A DNA stretch of 39,797 bases from Minisyncoccia bacterium (GTDB taxonomy: Bacteria > Patescibacteriota > Minisyncoccia > UBA6257 > GWB1-50-10). Shown one piece after another: positions 26,203 to 33,283 of the stretch. Location of the stretch: positions 1 through 39,797 of the forward strand of contig JBMFLB010000002.1 of NCBI GenBank assembly GCA_049971465.1, in the 5' to 3' direction. The position numbers and the translations under genes were made by a program. Below the pieces are notes generated by a model. The model was not told where the DNA came from. It was given only the letters and a program-made list of their open reading frames with translations, and made no database searches. Each line of letters opens with the position of its first letter. Within the stretch, counting starts at the first letter, position 1.

Positions 26203-27471
26203 ATGAAATCAAAACAAATTTACTTTATATTATTTTTATTAATCACTATTAGCGCTATTATTCATATTTATCATATAAATATTCCTGCTAAACCAGTTTT
26301 TGATGAAAGTTTTTTTGCTACTTTTTCGGCTGATTATATAAAAAATCAATCATTTTTTGATATCCATCCTCCATTAGGAAAATTAATTTATGCGTTTATT
26401 TTAAAAATTTATAATCCTAATTTTCAAACTTATAAATTTATACAAATATTACCAAAGATGTATGCTAAAGCAATAAATATACCTTTTAATGATTATCCTT
26501 ATATAATATTAAGATTAACTAATTCATTTTTTGGTATATTGTTAATTCCATTATTTTTTTTATTTTTACAAAAATTAAATTTAAACGATAAATCAAGTTT
26601 ATTTGGGGCTTTTTTAATAACTTTTGAACCAGTTTTTATTATTGAATCAAGATTAATTTTATTAAATACTTTTTTATTTGTATTTGGATTATTGTTTTTA
26701 ATTAATTATTTAGATAATAAAAATGTTGCTGCTGGGATATTTTTAGGTTTAACATTAAGCACAAAATTAACTGGAATATTATTTTTATCTTTGCCATTTG
26801 CTTTAATTTTAATAACTAATGACAAAACTAAATTAAAAAATATGCAGAAAATTTTAATAATTGCATTTTTTATTTTATTTACTATATGGATTACTACGAT
26901 ATTAATTTTTAACTTTAATATCAATCAATATACATTGATTACTATTTCATTATTTAACAAAACATTACCGCAATTAAATAATATAATTAATTATATTTTA
27001 AATAGTGTTAGCGGTTATTTATTTATTGGCGGCACTAACAGCGGCCAGAGCTATTGGTTTGAATGGCTTATTATGCATGGCGTTATTAAATATTATGATC
27101 ACAAAATATTTTTAATTGGTAATATTGCAATTTGGTATGGTGTATTAGCAGGAATAATTTTTTCAATAATATACCTAATAAATTTTTTAAAAAATAAAAT
27201 CAAAAATAAAAAAATTAGCCCTGATAAAAATTTAATTGCTTTATTTCTTAGTTTTATTTTTTCTTTAGAAATATTTATTACTATTAATAGACCAACGTTT
27301 TTATATCACTATTTTATTTCTTTAATTTTTGGTTTAGCTTTAATTTCTCATTTATTTGATAAATATCTATTAAATATTCAAAATAAAAATTTACGGAATA
27401 AAATAATATTTTCTGCTATCTTTTCTGTATTATTGTTTTTTATTTTAACTATCCCGTTCTTTATTATTTAA
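26203..27471 (+). CDS. GT39/PMT-family (dolichyl/polyprenyl-phosphate-mannose-dependent) glycosyltransferase
   Basis: A polytopic 422-aa protein. Its first extracytoplasmic loop carries VFDESFFATFSADYIKNQSFFDIHPPLGKLIYA, which contains the DE...HPPLGK motif typical of PMT-type (GT-C) transferases. Confidence 0.7.
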   Translation: MKSKQIYFILFLLITISAIIHIYHINIPAKPVFDESFFATFSADYIKNQSFFDIHPPLGKLIYAFILKIYNPNFQTYKFIQILPKMYAKAINIPFNDYPYIILRLTNSFFGILLIPLFFLFLQKLNLNDKSSLFGAFLITFEPVFIIESRLILLNTFLFVFGLLFLINYLDNKNVAAGIFLGLTLSTKLTGILFLSLPFALILITNDKTKLKNMQKILIIAFFILFTIWITTILIFNFNINQYTLITISLFNKTLPQLNNIINYILNSVSGYLFIGGTNSGQSYWFEWLIMHGVIKYYDHKIFLIGNIAIWYGVLAGIIFSIIYLINFLKNKIKNKKISPDKNLIALFLSFIFSLEIFITINRPTFLYHYFISLIFGLALISHLFDKYLLNIQNKNLRNKIIFSAIFSVLLFFILTIPFFII

Positions 27472-27488
27472 TTTTTATATAAATTAGA

Positions 27489-27494
27489 TACAAT
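27489..27494 (+). promoter_or_regulatory. -10 box (TACAAT) 8 nt upstream of the tRNA-Leu 5' end
   Basis: TACAAT at 27489-27494, then ttaaataa (8 nt), then GCCCTCG at 27503. The hexamer and spacing match those of tRNA-Val. Confidence 0.4.
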
Positions 27495-27502
27495 TTAAAT
27501 AA

Positions 27503-27584
27503 GCCCTCGTGGCGGAATTGGCATACGCGTGGCGCTTAGAACGCCATCCCGCAAGGGTTAGAGGTTCGAGTCCTCTCGAGGGCA
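27503..27584 (+). tRNA. tRNA-Leu (anticodon TAG), long variable arm
   Basis: Acceptor GCCCTCG/CGAGGGC (perfect). Anticodon arm TGGCG ctTAGaa CGCCA. Variable arm tCCCgcaaGGGtt. T arm AGAGG ttcgagt CCTCT. Discriminator A. 82 nt, no encoded CCA. Confidence 0.9.
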
Positions 27585-27763
27585 CAGTATTTAACTTTCA
27601 GAAATTTGCCCGACGAGCTCTGGGCGCGTTGCGTTGCAATGTAGGAAAATGCTGGCCCGCCGCCAGATGCCATTTCTTACTCTGGTATTCGCACAAGGAT
27701 GAGAATTCCTTAATTTTAGATTGGATTTTAGTATTTACCTTTTAACTTTGTAATGATATTATG

Positions 27764-27833
27764 GTAAAAGCAGGATGGGGGTTGAAATTTCTGGAGAATG
27801 ATGTACAGTAAAAACAGATGGGGGTTGAAATTT
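27764..27833 (+). repeat. two about 26-27-nt direct repeats upstream of the WD40-like gene
   Basis: gtaaaagcaggatgggggttgaaattt (27764-27790) and gtaaaaacagatgggggttgaaattt (27808-27833). They differ by one mismatch and one indel and are separated by 17 nt. Confidence 0.5.
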
Positions 27834-27893
27834 AAAAAACCAAAAAAATTTAATTGGTCGATATTATAAAAATTAAACGATAATTTAAAAACA

Positions 27894-28844
27894 ATGAAGG
27901 AAGGTTTTGAACAATTTAATAAACAGGTTGAAGGAAAAGAAAAAAAACCACATGAAAGTTTGGAAGAAAAGGAAAAAGCTAAACAAGCTATTCAAAAAGC
28001 CGAAGGATTAAAAGCAAAGATGGAGCAAGAACTGGATGCTCTTTCTAAAAAACTCTGGCAGGAAAAATGGAAACAAATGAATCCAAAAGAACTCGTTTTT
28101 GTTGAAAAAAAGAAAAACTATCAACTCAAAGAAACTCTTAGGAGGCCTAGTCAGGTGTGGGCCCTCGAAGTTCTGCCTGATGATGAGATTATTTCTGGAA
28201 ATGAAAATGGCACCATTGAAATCTTGGAAAAAGATCAACAAGGAAAATATCAAGTCAAAGAAACTCTTGAGAAGGCACATAAAGGCGGGGTGCGGACCTT
28301 CCAAGTTCTATCTGACCATGAGATGGTCTCTGGAGGCGATGATGGCACTATTAAATTCTGGGAAAAAGATCAACAAGGAAAATATCAAGTCAAAGAAACT
28401 CTTGAGGGACCTACAGTACCCTTTAAAGGAGTACCTAGTATTTGCGGAGTAACGGCTCTCGAAGTGTTGCCTGATGAGATTGTTGCTGGATACGAGTCTG
28501 GCGTAATTAGAATATGGAAAAAAGACCAACAAGGAAAATATCAAGCCAGAGAATCTTTAAACCTCGGCCACCAGACTCCTATAGGCAGAACCCCCCTCCA
28601 AGTTCTGGCTGACCATCGGATTGTTGCTGGAGAAGATGATGGCTGGATTCAAATTCTTAAAGAAGATGAACAAGGAAACCTTCATATCCAAGAAAGTATT
28701 AGGGTACCAACTAACACTTGGTTTGACCCTAAGAAACGTCCTTACGAGGTGAATACCCTCCAAGTTCTGCCTGATGGCCGGATTTTTGCTGGATGCGGCG
28801 ATCACGCTATTAAAATCTTGGATGGAGAAAAAGAAAAGATATAA
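27894..28844 (+). CDS. coiled-coil + WD40-like beta-propeller repeat protein (G+C-anomalous)
   Basis: About 70 aa of charged helix (EEKEKAKQAIQKAEGLKAKMEQELDALSKKL), then five 45-50-aa repeats of the form V..L.VLPD..IVSG..DGTIKIW.KD.QGKYQ.KE.L. Examples are AHKGGVRTFQVLSDHEMVSGGDDGTIKFWEKD and VNTLQVLPDGRIFAGCGDHAIKILD. No signal peptide. Confidence 0.7.
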   Translation: MKEGFEQFNKQVEGKEKKPHESLEEKEKAKQAIQKAEGLKAKMEQELDALSKKLWQEKWKQMNPKELVFVEKKKNYQLKETLRRPSQVWALEVLPDDEIISGNENGTIEILEKDQQGKYQVKETLEKAHKGGVRTFQVLSDHEMVSGGDDGTIKFWEKDQQGKYQVKETLEGPTVPFKGVPSICGVTALEVLPDEIVAGYESGVIRIWKKDQQGKYQARESLNLGHQTPIGRTPLQVLADHRIVAGEDDGWIQILKEDEQGNLHIQESIRVPTNTWFDPKKRPYEVNTLQVLPDGRIFAGCGDHAIKILDGEKEKI

Positions 28845-29003
28845 ATTAATCAATTTTAGTAGGTAAAATTCTGGCTGAGCATAATTGTTTTTATCTTTAT
28901 TTTCAATACATCATAAAAAATGTTTTAAATAAACAGTTGTTGTGGCGTCTGGCGGCGCCCCCCTCACACTGATACATAATGGTAGGGGCAGAATTCAAAA
29001 TTT

Positions 29004-29031
29004 TTGACAAAATCAGTAAAACTGATATACT
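29004..29031 (+). promoter_or_regulatory. sigma70-like promoter for rpsO (TTGACA-16 nt-TATACT)
   Basis: TTGACA at 29004-29009, a 16-nt spacer, TATACT at 29026-29031, then 7 nt to ATG 29039. Confidence 0.5.
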
Positions 29032-29038
29032 TTTAATA

Positions 29039-29299
29039 ATGCTCACTAAAAGACAAAAACAATTAGCAATAAAAAATTTTCAAAAACATGAAAATGATAC
29101 TGGATCGGCAGAAGTACAAATAGCTTTACTTACCAAACAAATAATTGCTTTAACCAACCATTTAAAAAAACATCCCAAGGATGTTTCTTCGCGCCGCGGC
29201 TTAATTTTAATGGTAAGCCAAAGAAGAAAACTTTTAAATTATCTTAAAATAAATGAACCAAAAAAATACGAAACTGTTATGAAAAAATTAGATCTATAA
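29039..29299 (+). CDS. rpsO: 30S ribosomal protein S15
   Basis: The sequence MLTKRQKQLAIKNFQKHENDTGSAEVQIALLTKQIIALTNHLKKHPKDVSSRRGLILMVSQRRKLLNYLK carries the S15 signature (DTGS.EVQ.A.LT..I..L..HL..H.KD..SRRGL). ORF track starts at 28979. ATG 29039 gives the canonical 86 aa. Confidence 0.9.
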   Translation: MLTKRQKQLAIKNFQKHENDTGSAEVQIALLTKQIIALTNHLKKHPKDVSSRRGLILMVSQRRKLLNYLKINEPKKYETVMKKLDL

Positions 29300-29300
29300 A

Positions 29301-29840
29301 ATGCTTAATTTTAGTGATCAAAGAGTTGGAATTTTTATTGACATACAAAATATTTATCATTCAGCAAAAAATTTATTTAATGCTCGAGTAAATTTTCAAA
29401 CATTAAGTAAATTTTTAAGCGGCAAAAGAAATCTTATTGTTGCTGTTGCTTATGTTGTAAAAAGCGAATTGGTTGCTGGTGAATTAAATTTTTTTGAAGC
29501 ATTAAAACAATTTGGTTTTGAATTAAGAATTAAAGATTTACAAATTTATCCTGATGGGACAAAAAAAGCAGATTGGGATGTTGGTATTGCGGTTGATGCA
29601 ATAAGAATGTCATCATTATTGGATGCTATTATTTTAGTTACTGGTGATGGAGATTTTGCACCATTAGTCACATATTTACAATTAGGATTAGGAAAACAGG
29701 TTGAAGTTGCAGCATTTAATAAAACTGCTTCAGCTAAATTAAAAGAAACAGCTGATAAATTTATTGACTTAGAATCTATTCCTGGTTTATTATTAGAATC
29801 TAAATCAACCAATGCTAAATCTCGAAAGAAAAATTTTTAA
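29301..29840 (+). CDS. NYN/LabA-like (DUF88) domain protein, predicted PIN-like ribonuclease
   Basis: It has VGIFIDIQNIYHSAK, ADWDVGIAVDAIR and DAIILVTGDGDFAPLVTYLQ..GKQVEVAAF, the acidic motif series of NYN/LabA domains. It starts 2 nt after the rpsO stop and overlaps pnp by 29 nt. Confidence 0.75.
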   Translation: MLNFSDQRVGIFIDIQNIYHSAKNLFNARVNFQTLSKFLSGKRNLIVAVAYVVKSELVAGELNFFEALKQFGFELRIKDLQIYPDGTKKADWDVGIAVDAIRMSSLLDAIILVTGDGDFAPLVTYLQLGLGKQVEVAAFNKTASAKLKETADKFIDLESIPGLLLESKSTNAKSRKKNF

Positions 29841-31860
29841 AACTGAATTAAATGGTTCGCCAATTAGTCTAGAAATATCAAAATTAGCAGGTAAAGCAAA
29901 TGCTGCGGTTTTAGGTAAATATGGCGATACTGCTGTTTTAGCAACAATTGTTATCTCGCCATCAGAAAAAAATTTAGATTATTTTCCATTAACTGTTGAT
30001 TATGAAGAAAGATTTTATGCTGCTGGTAAAATTATTGGCAGTCGTTTTATTAGAAGAGAAGGCCGACCATCAGATGAAGCAATTCTATCGTCCCGTTTAA
30101 TTGATCGAACAATTAGACCGTTATTTGATGAACGATTAAGATATGAAGTACAAGTGAGTATAACTGTTTTTGCTTATGATGAAGAACACGATCCTGATGT
30201 TATTGCATTATTAGCAACATCAACCGCTTTAGGTATTTCCGAAATTCCTTGGGATGGACCAGTAGCTGGAGTAAAAACAATAATACCATCTGATTATCCA
30301 ACCACTGCTTTTTTTGCTGGTACAGAAGATGTTATTAATATGATTGAATTTGAAGGAAAAGAAGTTGAAGAACAAAAAATATATGAACTATTTGAAAGTT
30401 CACAGCAACAAATTAAAAAATTAATTGAATTTCAAAAACCAATTATTAAACAATTTAGTAAGACAAAAATTGAAATAAAACAAGTACCAATTTCTTTAGA
30501 TCTTCAACAAGAAATAAATAAATTATTAACCGAACAAAATATTGCTGATGCTGTTTTTAATAAAAAAATAAATGAATTTAAACAAAACTTTTTTACAACT
30601 TTACAACAAAAAAATAGCAGTGAAGAAGAATTAAAAGAAGCAAATAATATTTTTGAAAATAAAATAAATGAATTTATTCATAAACAAATTTTAAATTTAA
30701 ATCAAAGACCTGATGGTAGAAAATTAGATCAAATTAGAGATTTATATACGGAAATACATTTATTTAATCGAACCCATGGATCAGCATTATTTGTAAGAGG
30801 GGAAACACAAATTTTAGCAATCACTACTCTTGCTTCTCCTAGTGCTGAACAATTAGTGGAAACAATGGAAACAAATACTCATAAAAGATTTATGTTACAT
30901 TATAATTTTCCAGGGTTTTCATCAGGCGAAACAAATAAATCAAGAGGAGGACCAGGAAGAAGAGAAATAGGACATGGAGCATTAGCAGCTAAAGCATTAA
31001 ATTCACTTATTCCTCCTAAAGAACAATTTCCTTATACCATCAGAATAGTTGCTGAAACATTATCTTCAAATGGCTCAACTTCTATGGCTTCGGTTTGCGC
31101 TGGATCATTATCATTAATGGATGCGGGCGTTCCAATTCCAAAACATTGTGCAGGCATATCAATTGGCTTAATAACTAACAATGGTGATTTATCAAATTTT
31201 AAATTAATAACTGATATTCAAGGACCAGAAGATCATTATGGTGATATGGATTTTAAAGTTGCCGGGACAGAACAAGGAGTTAATGCTATTCAAATGGATG
31301 TTAAAATAAAAGGAATAAATTTAGAAATTTTTAAACAAGCATTAAGTCAAGCTAAAAAAGCAAGATTAGAAATATTAAATGTATTAAATCAAACAATAAA
31401 TAAACCACGAGAACAAATTTCACCATTTGCTCCAATTATTAAAACAATAATAATTCCTAAAGAAAAAATTGGTGAATTAATTGGACCCGGCGGTAAAAAC
31501 ATAAATAATATTATTGAAGAAAGTCTTAATCAAATAACAATTGATATTGAACAAGATGGAACAGTATATATTATTGGCAACAATATTGATTTAATAAATA
31601 AAGCTTATAATACAATTAAAAATTTAATACGAGAATATAAAGTTGGAGAAATGGTAGAGGGAACAATAATAAAAATTTTAGATTTTGGGGCAATTGTTGA
31701 TTTAGGTAGCGGCAAAGATGGAATGATTCATATATCAGAATTACAAAATGGCTATGTAAAAAGAGTTGAAGATGTTGTCAAGTTAGGAGAAAAAGTAAGA
31801 GCAAAAATCATAAGAATTGAACCAGATGGAAGAATTGCTTTATCTATAAAAAATAAATAA
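29812..31860 (+). CDS. pnp: polyribonucleotide nucleotidyltransferase (PNPase)
   Basis: It has two RNase PH-like domains (GKYGDTAVLATIV; RPDGRKLDQIRDL; GSALFVRGETQ; GPEDHYGDMDFKVAGT), a KH domain (IGPGGKNINNII) and an S1 domain (GEMVEGTIIKILDFGAIVDL). Confidence 0.95.
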   Translation: MLNLERKIFKTELNGSPISLEISKLAGKANAAVLGKYGDTAVLATIVISPSEKNLDYFPLTVDYEERFYAAGKIIGSRFIRREGRPSDEAILSSRLIDRTIRPLFDERLRYEVQVSITVFAYDEEHDPDVIALLATSTALGISEIPWDGPVAGVKTIIPSDYPTTAFFAGTEDVINMIEFEGKEVEEQKIYELFESSQQQIKKLIEFQKPIIKQFSKTKIEIKQVPISLDLQQEINKLLTEQNIADAVFNKKINEFKQNFFTTLQQKNSSEEELKEANNIFENKINEFIHKQILNLNQRPDGRKLDQIRDLYTEIHLFNRTHGSALFVRGETQILAITTLASPSAEQLVETMETNTHKRFMLHYNFPGFSSGETNKSRGGPGRREIGHGALAAKALNSLIPPKEQFPYTIRIVAETLSSNGSTSMASVCAGSLSLMDAGVPIPKHCAGISIGLITNNGDLSNFKLITDIQGPEDHYGDMDFKVAGTEQGVNAIQMDVKIKGINLEIFKQALSQAKKARLEILNVLNQTINKPREQISPFAPIIKTIIIPKEKIGELIGPGGKNINNIIEESLNQITIDIEQDGTVYIIGNNIDLINKAYNTIKNLIREYKVGEMVEGTIIKILDFGAIVDLGSGKDGMIHISELQNGYVKRVEDVVKLGEKVRAKIIRIEPDGRIALSIKNK

Positions 31861-31863
31861 ATA

Positions 31864-31872
31864 TGTTATAAT
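31864..31872 (+). promoter_or_regulatory. extended -10 element (TGTTATAAT) 6 nt upstream of ATG 31879
   Basis: TG at 31864-31865, TATAAT at 31867-31872, then ataatt and ATG. It sits in the 18-nt gap after the pnp stop. Confidence 0.45.
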
Positions 31873-31878
31873 ATAATT

Positions 31879-32943
31879 ATGGCACAAGAAAATATAAATC
31901 CATATAATAATGAAATTACTAATGGAGAAAATGAAATCCCATTAACAATTAGAACCGCTGAATCAGATGTAAAATCTTTAGGTCAAACTGGCGGACAAAT
32001 ACCACAACCATATACACCACCAACTAATCAAGTTAATCAACAGCCGCCTCAACAACAAGATACATCAAATCAAACGCAAGCAAATTTTGAACCGCCTCAA
32101 ATTGGTGATGTTATTACCACCAATAATGCTCCTAGCCCAAAACAACAACCACCAATTCCAAAAAAACAAAATCTTTTACCAATCATTATAATTATCTTGA
32201 TAATAATAGGTCTTATTGCTTTTGGCGCATTATTTATTTATCCAAAAATAATGTATAAAAATTCTAATAATGTAAGCAATCCTACCTCAACCACTAATTC
32301 TACAATCACTGCTACCACTACTACTTCAACTGACACAATAAATCAAATCTCAACCTCAACAATAAACCTTAATTTACCAACAATTGACAATCATAACTCA
32401 TTTTTCAAACAAAGCCCAGATAAAACAATAACAGTTACCATTAATTCTACTAATGTCAATGATTTTAAAAAATTATTTACATTTTCAACCAGTTCTACTC
32501 CAATTTTACAAGAAATTATAATAACCGATCCTAATAAAAAAATAATTTCTTTTCAAGGATTAATGTCAATGCTTATACCAACATTTTTTAATCAAGATCG
32601 TTTAAATTATTTTAATCAAGATTATACTTTTTATGCTTATACCGATGCCAATGGAACATGGTTAGGAATTATCCCTCAATTAAAATCTGGAGTAAGTGCA
32701 GCTAATATTATGAATCAAATGTCTCAAATACAAACCGATGTTAATGAAATACAAAATCTTTATCTAACTAATGTTGGCCAAATGCATTCCTGGCAAGATG
32801 GAAAAGTAAAAAATCATCCAACTTCTTTAGTAAATTTTGATACTTCTTCCGCAACTTTTAGTTATACCTGGTTAAATAATTATTTACTATTAAGCACTAA
32901 TCTTAATAGCGCTGATTCCGCAGCAACCCATTTAGGATTTTAA
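31879..32943 (+). CDS. hypothetical single-pass membrane protein (P/Q-rich cytoplasmic N-terminus, S/T-rich linker, extracellular C-terminal domain)
   Basis: 354-aa ORF with a P/Q-rich segment (QPYTPPTNQVNQQPPQQQ) and a TM helix (LLPIIIIILIIIGLIAFGALFIY). No family recognised. Confidence 0.55.
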   Translation: MAQENINPYNNEITNGENEIPLTIRTAESDVKSLGQTGGQIPQPYTPPTNQVNQQPPQQQDTSNQTQANFEPPQIGDVITTNNAPSPKQQPPIPKKQNLLPIIIIILIIIGLIAFGALFIYPKIMYKNSNNVSNPTSTTNSTITATTTTSTDTINQISTSTINLNLPTIDNHNSFFKQSPDKTITVTINSTNVNDFKKLFTFSTSSTPILQEIIITDPNKKIISFQGLMSMLIPTFFNQDRLNYFNQDYTFYAYTDANGTWLGIIPQLKSGVSAANIMNQMSQIQTDVNEIQNLYLTNVGQMHSWQDGKVKNHPTSLVNFDTSSATFSYTWLNNYLLLSTNLNSADSAATHLGF

Positions 32944-32944
32944 A

Positions 32945-33283
32945 ATGTTAACCACTGAACAAATTGCAAAATGCAAATCTTTGCTTTTGCAAGAAAAAAA
33001 TAATATTGAAAATAAAATTATTAATCTCAATGAAAATATAAATTTTGCTAATGATAGTGATAAAATTGAAGGTGAAGAATTTATTGATGAAACAGAAGAA
33101 AAAATAAATCGTAATAGCGTTGAGGAAATTGAATTAGATAGATTACAATTAATAAATAAAGCTTTAGATAAAATACAAAAAGGAACTTATGGAATATGCG
33201 AAAAATGCGGCCAAGATATTGAATATGATATTTTATCAATTGATCCAGAATCACTTTATTGTAAAAATTGCAAACAGAAATAA
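32945..33283 (+). CDS. DksA/TraR family C4-type zinc-finger protein
   Basis: N-terminal coiled coil, then GTYGICEKCGQDIEYDILSIDPESLYCKNCKQ (CxxC-17-CxxC, the DksA/TraR layout). 112 aa. Confidence 0.7.
   Translation: MLTTEQIAKCKSLLLQEKNNIENKIINLNENINFANDSDKIEGEEFIDETEEKINRNSVEEIELDRLQLINKALDKIQKGTYGICEKCGQDIEYDILSIDPESLYCKNCKQK

Noticed and set aside
27608-27700. The GC-rich patch as a known small RNA (tmRNA 3' end, SRP RNA, RNase P fragment)
   Set aside because: There is no TTCGA-type T-loop, no SRP domain IV motif and no CCA end. Only a short CTGGC/GCCAG hairpin is present. It remains unassigned.
27509-27745. 78-aa ORF overlapping tRNA-Leu and the GC-rich patch
   Set aside because: The first third is the tRNA itself. 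The rest has no recognisable motif, an odd composition (W/C/R-rich) and no start-site signal. I treat it as non-coding, although the GC-rich patch remains unexplained.
27585-27893. Integrase, transposase or att duplication expected next to the tRNA-Leu-linked island
   Set aside because: Translating all six frames by eye gave no recombinase-like motif, and I found no copy of the tRNA 3' end near 28845-29000. Mobility therefore rests only on composition and the 15-bp inverted repeat.
28008-28853. Four ORFs (28008..28304 -, 28099..28452 +, 28308..28544 -, 28557..28853 -) overlapping the WD40-like gene
   Set aside because: Higher G+C and the internal repeats keep the alternative frames open. Only the 27894..28844 frame gives a periodic WD-like repeat pattern. 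The others are repetitive nonsense (FF..LIFSLLIFF).
28958-28990. Hairpin GCCCC...GGGGC after the WD40-like gene as a rho-independent terminator
   Set aside because: The stem is only about 5 bp, the loop is about 20 nt, and no T-run follows directly. The support is insufficient.
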